Shown in pieces: positions 47,701-60,500 of a stretch of 64,000 bases of DNA. Within the stretch, counting starts at the first letter, position 1. Each line of letters begins with the position of its first letter. The DNA is from Perna viridis (Eukaryota), in assembly GCA_037379345.1 (NCBI GenBank), contig CM074519.1:33940103-34004102 (forward strand), written 5' to 3'. The position numbers and the translations under genes were made by a program. Below the pieces are notes generated by a model. It was not told the origin of the DNA. It made no database searches and worked only from the letters and a program-made list of their open reading frames with translations.

Positions 47701-50700
47701 TGCAATAAAATATTTGTATACCGGTGGATATTTTAATATCAATAGAGAGACGATGCACTGGTTTCCCGGACTTACTCTCTACAATTACGACTGGTGGAAC
47801 CAGTTGAATTCCCTCGTTTTCATTGTCATTATCATTATCTGAAATAATTACATGTTTGACTACAACATCTATGAGTTAGTAAATGTACGTTAAGATCTGC
47901 TTTTTGTTACATTCTTTAAAAGGACGGGAACAAATCCAAAATTTTTTTTCCAATTATTAAAATAAACAAAAACGATTTTTTTTACCAGATAATCAATGGA
48001 ATATTTCTTCATTATTTGCCTACTATATTTCCTAAAAATATCATCAATTAAGTTTAACTGAAAACCGAAAACTATTATTTTAATGAATTTTGAAAGGACG
48101 TTGTCAAACCAGTTACATATTAGGTATCATTTCTGACTACTTGACAAAAATGCAGTACTTATCGTATGCAAGCCATAATTGTGATACAACATTGCACTCA
48201 ATATTTATGGTCTAAATAGGCAATGCAAGCTCGTTAACTAATTCATTTACTATGAAAAAAAATGTATCGGACAAACTGGTGCCATCTTATCGTTTTAAAT
48301 GATCGAATGATTCACATTTCAAATAAAGAGAATTGACTCATTATTATCATAGTGCTGATTTGTTTGTAACTATGTTAACCTTCCGCAAGTTACTTCTGTT
48401 ATTTCTATATGATTTATTTAGTTAAGTAGCACTCCGGCTAAGAATCATGCAAAATGTGATTCATGGGTGACAAAGCCTACAATTTTTATTTTTTTATATT
48501 TTGTTTGAATTGTCATATAAACAGAAATTAACAAGCGGTTTTTCATTTAACCCGTGTTCTTAGGAGATAAAAATTATATAGAATGCAGTGTTTATTTGAA
48601 AATTAAGGGAAATAACGCTGTAAATGACACTCAAATACAGTAGAATCTATTGGATTTTCAATGTTAATTATTTTCTAAGAGCAGACAGGTTGGAATGAAT
48701 AATTACACATTTCATAATACAGAACCACAAAACAATTACAAAAATAAAAAAAAGTAGCCTTAATTTTTTGGGGTTCATAACATTTTCAGATTTGTGCACG
48801 ATTCTTACAAAGACCACTTCTTAAATGTTTCTTATATATAGGGGCTGATAGGGTAAAAATAATTGATCTTAAAAGCAGTGGTAGAGACAAAAAAGTGTGT
48901 ATTACGATCACAATTTTATGATATTCCTTTACATACTCATGTTATTGAGGTCCATTCGATCCAGATCTTCATTAATGGAGGTAGGAGTTCCCGGCTTTCC
49001 ATCAAGACCAGTACCTGCGCCTTTCCTAGAATGCGTGAAATTGATATATTATTATTAAGATTATGAAAATGTTATAGCATGTTCTTGAAAAATATATGTC
49101 TACATTATTAACGCTTCACCATATGATAGATAAAACAAAATCTTTTGAATATTTCTTAATTATTTTATAAAAAAAAAAGCAAATAAGAATAAAACATACA
49201 AATATGTTCTTGCAAATAGGATTCCTCTCTTGTATGCCATTTTTGTGCATTTTTTAAAATCAAAAACATTGAATAAATGAATTGCATCAACAGCACAGAG
49301 CTAATAGTTCCAAACGTTACACGACTGTGTGTAAAGGTAATTGCCATTTTCGTATAATATAGTGTTGAAAGTAGCATGTTCATATACAAGTCAAGATTAA
49401 AACTGTGACTTCTATCTATTTTAACCATTACAGTTTGTGTGTAAAGGAATTTACGCATGGAATTTGATTTTGTTTACTAAATAGAAACATAACAAAAAGA
49501 CGTTTCACATTTTATTTGTCAAGCTGTTGCATTCATTCTGAAAGCCTTGACTTTGTTTGGACAAGCTTCATAAAAAAACAAAACAACACAATTAGCAAAT
49601 ATATTATATTTCAAATTGCAGACACGCGCTCTTGTCAGGTGCTCGTGACATCGTTACAGCGACCTTATCAGACAAAACATAACAATCTCGGTACTCTTAG
49701 ATCTTTGATTGAAGTTTAATATCAATAGTATCAATCTAATGGAAGCGGTCCAGAATATCGGGACGTCGGTTCACAAATAATTCTCCTTAATCGTTTGTCA
49801 TCAGATATAAATTGATAATACAAGACCTAGTAGTCGGGGTCTGCTGATCAGGCGACATTTTGCCCCCACCACCATGGAACCTCTGATTGGCGTGCTTTAT
49901 CGGTTATTGATCATAATATTACCAAAAACAAAATACTGTTAGATTCTTATGAAGTCTCTTTGTACCATGATACTGTCATCATTGCCTAAACATGTTTCAG
50001 TTACTAAGCGTCGAGATAAAACATTCTCAATAAACAAAACGGAGTCCCTGTATCATGCCACAAAGACTTAAAAACTCACATAGATTTCTCGACAACACTA
50101 TTCTTTTAATTCTTCGAAACGTTTTAATTTAAGTATATTAGTATTAACCTAATGTATGTAGAAAAAAATGCTCTTTTTGATTTCTTGTTTGCGAGTCATT
50201 ACTGCTATTGGTTACAGTCATTACAATATATGATGTTTACAACAAAATCATTCTTTATTTTATTCAAAGAGTAATCAAGGGAACCAAGGTTATAGCGGTA
50301 TTAAAAAAAATGTAATCCAGGGACAAAGACCAGACATGGAAAACAGCAATACACCATAAAGTACATAAAGTAACTACAATCATACATACAAGGTAACAAA
50401 AGCAAATGAGCAACTCGGACTCCGCTAAAAACTGGGAGCATGCACCAGGTGCACCGGTAGGGTAAGCGTCCTCTTCAAAGTAAGAGTACTATCTCATTCA
50501 TACAAACACAAGGCTTGTACTGCCAAGTGACAAACTTACAAGGTACAATTCATCCGCTTTCCTACCTATTGTTCAATGATGTCTTATTCTATACGGTCCC
50601 ATAAAATATCCATTGAGTTGTTGTAGTTTACAAATAATAATAAACCGTTTGTAGCATGATGATATTCCGTTATTTTTTGCTTTATTCAAGAATATAAAGA

Positions 50701-53700
50701 CAATCCTGTGTTTTTTCTGCTATTAATTACCGTAATAGCATTTCAGCATGCACATTTCCTTTAAATCTTCTATGAGTGTGCCATTTCAAATATTTTAATT
50801 TTCTATCACCGGATTCCCCATATCTCACAAGCCCAATTTTTTTCTATCCCCCATAACTTGTTGGAATTACAACATACCAGCTTCCCATGTTTTTCGACCT
50901 TTCTAATATACCATGCAAACTTACAATTTATTTAGTACGTCCCACAATGTCCCCATAATCTCCCTCCGTCATTATACTAATTATTTAACATTACCAGAAC
51001 TTAGACAGAATAACAGAAAACATTTTAAAACAGCACACACGTTATATATCATTTTATCTCCTCTTTTAAAAGATGAACAAACTATGGTGAGAAAGAGCAT
51101 ATCGAAATTATGCCAATATTAAACGACCCGGACTTACATAACAAAAAAAATAGCCTTTCATACTGTTGTGTCAATTCATGACATACCTAGTGTGCAACTT
51201 TTGACTTCTAATACATGATATACTTATAAAAATGTTCAGCATCACCCTTATTAAACTTGTACTCTTTATTGTGCGTTGGGTGTAAAACATGTTTTATAAT
51301 TATTCATTATCAAAGGTGCGTTGCAATGATACTGCAGTATAATTTAAAACAGTATTACTAGTATATAATGACAATAAATTGAATGCGTGCTGTTAGAATA
51401 TTAATACGATATAATCGGTCCAATATGTGATAGAGTAACCAAGGGAACCAAGGCTATAACGGTAATCATAGAGTAACCAAGGGAACCAAGATTATAGCGG
51501 TAATCATAGAGTAACCAAGGAAACCAAGGTTATAGTGGTAATCAAAAGAATATAATCCAAGGACATGGAAAACGGATATACACAACAAAGAACATAAAGT
51601 AACTAAAACCATACATACAAAGCAACAAAAGCAAATGTGCAACTCGGACTCCCCTAAAAACTGGGAGCATGATAAATATACTTACTCCTATTACAAATAT
51701 AATCATGCTACTTAATGTATATCATGCACACAATGTAATGCAATACTTTTGGAAAATATTTTAAAACGATATATTTACTGGTATGCGAAGATATTCAGTG
51801 CATGCGTGTCGTTTGTTTTTTAGGGCGAGTATCAACGTGCTCTATAATAAAGAACTTGTAATTGGTCCAAAATGTGATGAATATACTTACTCCATTATTC
51901 TCAAATATAATCATGCTACTCATTGAATTTAATGCATGCATTACGGATATTGAATTGTAGAAGTAAATAAAAACTATGCATGCCTAACTTACATGAATTC
52001 GTTGTCCTCTGGGATAGTTCTACCAAAATTTAGTTATGTCTCAGTTAATTGATATATTGATTGCCTTTAGAGTTTTATTAGTATCTGTGATGATATTCAA
52101 TAAAAATATTCATGCAAAATAGAATACTAGAGTATGTAAGTCTCGTCACTTGACTGGTTTCCCGAGAATTGGTCCTTATCTACCATTTAAATGAATGTAA
52201 ACTATCTATCATTTTTAGAGTTATGAATCCAGCATTAAAAGTAAAACAACTTTCTGCGTAAAAATGCCGATACAAACGTCAAGTATATTAATTTACATGA
52301 CAAAACCGTAAAGAAAAGCAAGAAATGGAAGATTTTGCATTACAATGCAGCGTTTTGAGAACCAGGAAGTAATCAATAAAATACAGATCGGTCATCGGAT
52401 TTCGACATGATCTACATCTTCCGATCAGGAGAAACGAGACTAGACTTACTAACCCTATTCGTATAAATGAGCTGGATGGCATAATATAACTATAGCACAA
52501 AAATGTGCTGCTGTCCTCTGATATAGCTTAGGTTAAGTTTGTAAACATTGTTATTGTATTACAAATGACATGAACAAGACAATAGATTTTGACTAAGTAT
52601 TGAATCGGGATTATGTTCAAGTGCATTGTGATAATAACAGATACCAAACTCAAGTGCATGTTTAAAAATCGTGCAGAAACACTTAAAAAAGACAAAAATG
52701 TGGCAAAACTGGTGGTTCGTTATAGATGGATGTGAAGAAATAGAAAATATATAGAGAGAAGGATGGCGGAACCAGGCGTAGTGAGGACTTACGATAGGTC
52801 ATCTTGTTTATTGTCTGGGTGTTCTGGTATGGAACTGTAGAAAAATTAATGTTGTTTGAATATTTAATTAACACAAAATAATGTTATGAAATATTGGTTT
52901 ATAAAGATAATAAACTGTGTCAGTATTACATATGTAGTTTAACTCCATAACTTTTCTCATTAAACATTGTTTTGATTGCAAGCAGCAATAGTATCTTACC
53001 AATATCAAATATGTAAGGAACATGGCTACTTATCAAAAATGAATGAACACATTATGCGTAATATATAGGTTTAGAGATGACTTTATATACATTGTAGTTT
53101 ATATTTGACTTCATTTTGTAAAGCTTTTACCAATCAGTGACAAGGTGATATTCAACAGTGAATACATGTACTTATTAATCACATATATGATATAAAAACG
53201 ATGATTGTATCTGAAAAAGAAACAAAGAAACACACCAAATGTGTAAAAGGTAGAATAGGTGCCACAATTTTAAAACAAAAAAGAACATGTAATTTGATGT
53301 GATGTGACCACCTCAGTCTTATCAATGAAGTAAACAAATAAAAGTGAGCCACCTGGTAAAACAGTTGTGCTTTGCAATTGACCCTGATGCTTTTCGACAA
53401 CAACAATATAAACATTTATCCCCACCAATACGTGGTATCACCTGTATAAACCAAACATGTAGTTCGGTCGGAAGTTGACTCGATTTCCAAACTCGTCTTC
53501 TCCAAGTCTTATCCATATATCAATAGCCTTTCTGGCATGCTTGCCACTTCTATATGTAATATTTTTACAAAGTAAATCATTTTTTTTATGATTTTCAAGC
53601 TCTCTTGGAGTAACTTTAAGAACGACTTTTAAAATTGCTTCCAATTTAATAGAAACAACAACAAAAAATACAATTTTGTTTACATATTTGTTTCTCGGAA

Positions 53701-56383
53701 TTCAAGGCAGATTATAAATTACGTTTAATTATCCACAAATGAGAAGTTTAAAATATTAAAATACAAAATAATACATTGGACAGTACAAAGATGCAAAGAT
53801 GTGTTATTTAAACGTCTAATTTGGCATTTGACAGTCAGGAACAATTATATTACAAAGCAACATCAACGAAGGTTATCACAATAACAGGAATGGAATCACA
53901 ATAACAGGAATGGAATTCAAATATTCTTGGCTCAAAATTGTACAACGTCGATGGCGAACAAGTCGGTCACCATTATCAAAGAAGAAAAACGTCACAGCAG
54001 AAAAACTATTAAGAAAACTACATTGGTTTGACCAATCATGGGTAAGATATCCTTAGGTTGCAAAGACATATACAGTGACTGAAATGAAATATTCACATAT
54101 CACGGAGGAATGGACAATTTTCGAATTAATTGCCGTGAATAAAAAAGCATGGTGTCAACTTGTGTATTGGAAATGGGTTTGTGAGAGTAAATCGTATTAA
54201 AATGCATTATGTTAATATTAGGAAAGCATCTGAAAAATACATTATGATTAAAACACTGTTTATAATTCGTAAAATGGCAATTTGGTATTTGAACAGCGTT
54301 AGAAGTACAAATGGCGTTAGTTTGGAGAAACAGTCTCAAACTTACGGTCTTTCAAGAATTTCACTTGTATCATCCTCATAACTGAAATATGTTATTCTAG
54401 AAATCAACCTTTCTGAAAAATGTACTGATCGACAGAGTTTGCCACTTCTAGGTGACTGTGCCATAGTTTTTATTGAATATTCTAATATTGTATATTCCAA
54501 TGCGGAACAACTGACGTACGTACTAAAGGGAACCACCCTTATATTAACCATGTATGAACGCCCGAGGTAGTTTGCATAAAGACTCATGAAAAAATAAACG
54601 TTACATCTCAATAAAATTAAATATTTAATTTCATTCGTTTCATTTGGCTAAATTTGACGATTTTCCCACTGAACAAACGTTATATTTCTCATTAATTTAT
54701 ATCAAATTTGATACCAATGTATACTTTATTGAAGCTATCACTGATTTTATCTAATATTTCTCTTTAACTATGTAATTTATCAAATGAAACTGAGCATATA
54801 TCAGATGACTGATCTTTCACCTTCATTTTTGCATGCATATTTTTTCTATTTCACAAAACTACCGTTGTAAGCAAACTTATATTTGAGTCTACTTTACCAA
54901 CGAGTCTTTATTATAAATTATATTCTGAAATTCTGCTGTCAAAAAATATGACAAACCGACTAAGATAAAAATAAATGCATTGAACAATATGATAAGTGCG
55001 CATAGTTACTTACATTAATTGAATTAAAATAGATTTTGACTTCTAACAATTTTTAACGCTCTCAGAATGAATATAGAAGCTGCTTTATATTTCAAAATAC
55101 GTTGTGTTGACGTACTTTATATGCAAGAAATATTATCAGAAAACCTCGGAGAGCACGCTAACATTTTGATGAGACCGTAGTGTCAGTCTATGTAAGAATC
55201 AGGCAGTGGGTGAAACATTGTATTAAAAACCCACAATTTTGAAAGTTTAATTTGATTATTTGCATCATCAGAATTAAGAAAAAAGACAAGATCTTCCATA
55301 TCATTTTGGTAAACTGAGTTCATTAGGAAATGTCATTAGAATGCTCTGAAAATAAGCATTTGAAGGGCAGATAACTCTGTCAAAATCCTAATTTTTGTCT
55401 TACATTCTACTGAAATATTTCTGATCAAATCCGGTGATGCAAATAATGGTCACATCATCCTTAAATAAAATTATATTGTCAGATCGATGGTTCTTGAAAT
55501 GCATGTCTCTGATGATCGTCATCTCTGATGACGCTTACCCTACCGGTGCTCCTAGTTTTTGGTGGAGTCCGAGTTGCTCATTTACTTTTGTTACTTTGTA
55601 TGTATGATTTTAGTTACTTTATGTTCTTTGTTGTGTATGTCTGTTTTCCATGTCTGGTCTTTGTCCCTGGAATACATTCTTTTGATTACCGCTATAACCT
55701 TGGTTCCCTTGATTACTCTTTCCCATTGTTCCTGATTCGTACACCAACTTACACTAAACTGTATGCTATGTATTTCTGTATGTGTTTGTCCTTTTGTACG
55801 CTGATAAATAAAATATTTGTAATTTATCATTAACAACATAATGGAAGTCATACCTAGTAGTACTTTCTCTCCTCCAGCGGTTGATGAGCCTCCCATCTTT
55901 GGTCAGGTAATCAAACTCATCAAAGCCGGAGTCACCGGTACAAGGTGAAAGGTCACGGCCATCTCTGTTGTGCAGTTGGACACTTCTGACAATATTGCAG
56001 AACCGCGGCCGCGAGCCTTGAACACTCTGTTATAAAACATATACATTGTAACAACAGATTTAATTTACAAGATATGGGAAAATAATGTAATATAATGTCT
56101 GCATGGGTAATTTAAGATCAAAATGAAACATTCAATCAGTTATTGATCAGAGTCTTGATAGTTTCCGTATTATCGGCAAACAATGTACAAGTATTGGAAA
56201 ACTTACTATGGGAGCAGAGAAAGGTAAATTACAAATAGAAATTGACATCTGTCATTGACATTGTGTTATACAGTTGAAATCTGTTCAACTTGTGTTTCGT
56301 TGGAACTCACTATTTGGTTAGTAAATACATGACATGCATTGTGTGTGTATTGAGTGTAAACGAAAGATTTGTGTTTGATCTAA

Positions 56384-56424
<41 letters not shown>

Positions 56425-57507
56425 GTTGATTTTGGGTTACTTCCTGTGTCAGATATCTAATGTATTTTCAGGACCAAGAAGTTTTAACTAATTGAACAGA
56501 AACTGCTTTGTACTAGTTCGACACGCAGGGAAGGATTTGTATTGTGCTATCTCACAGAACGAACAGCCCGCAGAAACAAGTAAGCATGTCACCACACTCT
56601 AATAAGTAGAAGTTTCTCTGACTCCTAGTCAGTCAATCGTCAATAAAGGTTTCGGATGTACTCAATGTTAAAGTTTTGGTAAGTTGGTAAATTGAACTTT
56701 TCCTTTCTAGAATGGTTATTCGAGAGTGCAGTAAAATCGTGCAAGATCACGGACAGGATATTAAAATTTCTTCTCAATTCTTCTGAAGACTGATTAAATG
56801 CCCATAAATGTCTCATAAAATATATACAGATATTTGCAAAGCAATTAAACAGGTACGTGAAACAATAAAACTTCTATATTTTTTTACACTTTAATCACGT
56901 AAAGAATTTTATGATTTTATTGTTAATTCATTTTTGCCAAGTTAAAGACGTGTTGTACCGTTACGTTTATTCAATTATTCAATGGTATCCTATATGTATT
57001 CATATTAAGATATCTGCTATGACCAGATACCGGAATCACATATATAACTGTATGTCATATCAAATATCTTACAAAATTTATAAGATACGTCAGACCTAAA
57101 AATATTCGTATTTGATAAAATTGGGTAGGTAGGAAGGGATTTTTTATATTACTATGTTTTACATTGAGTCTATGGAAGAAATGTTCTGATTTTAACACTG
57201 CATATCGCAAAAATGACCAAAAAACACTTACGGGTGCACTATCTTAAGATGAATAAAACAGGGTGGATTTGGTAATAGAAACTTTTTTATTTTTATCTGA
57301 CCTTATCAAATATATAAGATAAGTCCTTTGCGATATCTTTAAAAATGAATAATTATTAATACGGTGCCCAAACGTAATGGGAATCCAAAAATATAAACTT
57401 TGCGTGTTTTACTATTATTACTTACGTAGTTTCGACGTTGAAAACTTTTTAAGTCCGATCTCTGAAATAAAAAGAAAAACGTCATTATTTATAGAGTAAC
57501 AACATGG

Positions 57508-57547
<40 letters not shown>

Positions 57548-60500
57548 GACATGCCTCTTCATGATTACTAGTGCCCGAAAGTAATTGGAGAAACATTAAC
57601 GAATATACTAGAATTGCTAAACGCCCTTTTAAATCATAAATATAACGCAGACAGGGCAAATCTACCTTTTGAAAATTAAATGGTTGTTGTAGGCGGAGGC
57701 ATTTTCAGGGTTTTGAAATAAAAGGCGGGACAAAAAGTAGCACGGAAAAAGGAAAAAAACAAGAGCGAGAAGCAGTCGAAAATAATTAATTAAAATATGC
57801 ATTGTGTATTGTTCGTTGGTAAATTAACATTTTCCTCTAGAGCTGCACGTAGAACTAAGCGAGTATGATGATGAATCGCTTGTCCGAATTCTCCTCGGTA
57901 GAAAAACTTCCACTGAACTCTGTGATTCCGATATAGATGAATTCAGACGACTCTGCTACATCCATATTGTAAAGTCAACAGGCGAATATTTAAGATGCTT
58001 ACGTTGTTGCAATACATTTTTGTAGCTAATGCATGTAATGTCACCAGTACACGAACATATCTTGCTCACTTTACTTGTATACAGATATGAATTAGTAATA
58101 CAATTCATTATTATTATTATTTAATATTTCCTATTTGTGTCTTAATTAATTTGTAATTATGTAATTGTAATTCATGTCATCTCTATTTTGAGGAATTAAA
58201 GAATGAATGAATGAATGAAAACCGAGTATAATCAAGAAACTGAACATGCCTGTGGTACAGGACACTAAACATGCTTGTGGTACAGGATACTGGTACAGGA
58301 AACTAAACATACATGTGGTACATGAAACTGAACTAAACATATATGTGGTACAGGAAACTAAACATGCATGTGGTACAGGATACTGGTACAGGAAACTAAA
58401 CATGCATGTGGTACAGGAAACTGGTATAGGAAACTAAACATACATGTACAGGAAACTAAATATACATCTGGTACAGGAAACCACGGATAGGATGGACTGA
58501 TATTCAGACCTTGAAGGTCAAAAGACGAAGACAAGGTCAAGGAAAGTAGATGCAGAAACAACAAACACTACATAGTAACTAAATGCAAAAACAAATAAAA
58601 ACTGAAATTATGAAATCGAGCAGCTCGTACACTACAAGCACATATAAACATTCCCTGTTTTCATTGATAAAAAATCCACCGAGTTTATTGTAAAAGTATG
58701 TTACGTAATTATGTTATTATAATTGGCCAGTAATCGCCCCACCCCTTTTCTGAATCTGGATCCGCCACAGATAACGGTTTATCCATGAACGGCATACATC
58801 AATCACTTAACATGAAATACAGTAAGTTGGATGAAGGCTTGTTTAATATTGTTCTGCAGCATTTCTATACAATCAAGGGCTTAAAGTATGCTGTCATCTA
58901 TTTGGAATTATGGCACACTTCCATTAATATTTTAAGCTTCGAGGTCAAGGAATTCAGGTTTAATCACTATTAAACCTAGGAAAGGTCAAGGTATTCATGT
59001 TTAATCACTATTATACCCAAATACGTCATTGAGTAATCATTTAATTCAATTTACTATAATTACTTCAATAACGGCTAATTAATATATACAATGACAGGCG
59101 ATGATCGTCGGCTCAGTAAAGTGGAAGCACCGGTACCGGTGTACCATGCCTAGAGCTGGTATACATAGATGCTTTAAATCGAGGTGTCTATGAAGGAGAG
59201 AGAATTAAACCATGCTAACAATTTAATCGAACTGGACGCTAATGTAAAACGTCTTGGCGATAAATATTTTGCATGTAATTAAAAGATTTACAAAAATATC
59301 AGATCTGTATGGTTGCCGCAATTTGATAGGTTTAACAAATGAACAACGTGAATCAAGAACTCTGCAATGGCAAAAGAGAGATTAGAAAGGAAACAATTTT
59401 GTCCGGCTGTTGCATGATAGCTTTTCGGGTAATAAGGCCATAAAATTAGTCGTCATAGCTGCTTTTCAAAAATATAAGAAAAAATTGTGCGCTTAGACAA
59501 GTGTACAACTTGTTTATTTAGAGTATATAAAACGACTCTGAACACAGATATTGTAAAGCGAGTTTTAATTGTATCCGGAAAAAGCAACCCCATTCAAGTT
59601 GCAAATAAGTTTAACACTCAATGGCATTTTTCGCAACATTTTCTTTTATATTTATATACTAGAGTAACCGCAAGACTCTGGTCTAATTAAACTTCTCCAA
59701 GCTGTCAAAGTCATCCACGTGAGAATATTCTCAAACCCGGGATTTGATTAATTAGGCATCAGGGCGTTGGATTAGTAATTCTACAGAATATTTAAATATA
59801 ATGTATATATAACTTATGCAATAGCTAATAAGATTTCATAAAACCCAATAATACATCGTAATATATTTAATCGTACCAAATATGTTCAACGCTTCTCGTT
59901 ATAAAAACGACGTTGTTTCTAGCCTCGACACAATGACATTAATTTGGTATTAAATCCATCGATATGTCAGTGACATGAAATGCACAATAGAACCAAATTA
60001 TATCATATTAAATATCTAACTGTCAGTCTAGTTGAAGCCTATTGTACCTGAATAACACTGTGCTTTATTAGACTATTGTAATGGCAGTGGTTGAGAGAAA
60101 GTTTATTGCAAGTTTTTGTTCTTTTTATTGAAAAAAAACGCGTTTGTTACATTACGTCAATGCAAATTGTATGCTGTAATCCGTTAACTTGGCAAATATA
60201 GAAAAAAAAACATCAAATATGCTTTGTTTGACGAGTAATTCTTTAATTTCAAATAACTGTTACAAGATTAGTTTGCATAGTTCACAGATTGTCGCAATAA
60301 ACATAAATCACACAAAGATTTAAAACGTAAAAGAGCAATGACCAAATAATTGACCGTATATCTTACACAAATGTGAAAAAAAACGTATCATAAATGTCTA
60401 CATTTAAAAGATTAGTATATTCCTTTTACAGTTTATAAATCATAACAAATGATCATACGTGTATTGGTCAATGAAGTCTCGGCATGGAAAGCTTCAGTTT

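Noticed and set aside
51680-51925. Duplicated mutually exclusive exons (two GTAAGT donors on minus)
   Set aside because: No convincing acceptors or shared open frame; explained by an old local duplication.
55506-55535. Two CTGATGA motifs next to a Penelope-like copy as a hammerhead ribozyme
   Set aside because: No GAAA core or stems II/III at the required spacing; only a small hairpin (cgtcatc/gatgacg) at the insertion junction.
55528-55833. Hydrophobic ORFs at 55528-55833, 40956-41237 and 3411-3641 as a small membrane-protein family
   Set aside because: They are translations of the T-rich retroelement 3' UTR copies, with inconsistent starts and ends.
59128-59141. Perfect 14-bp palindrome caccggtaccggtg
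   Set aside because: Isolated, with no associated element or context to support a function.
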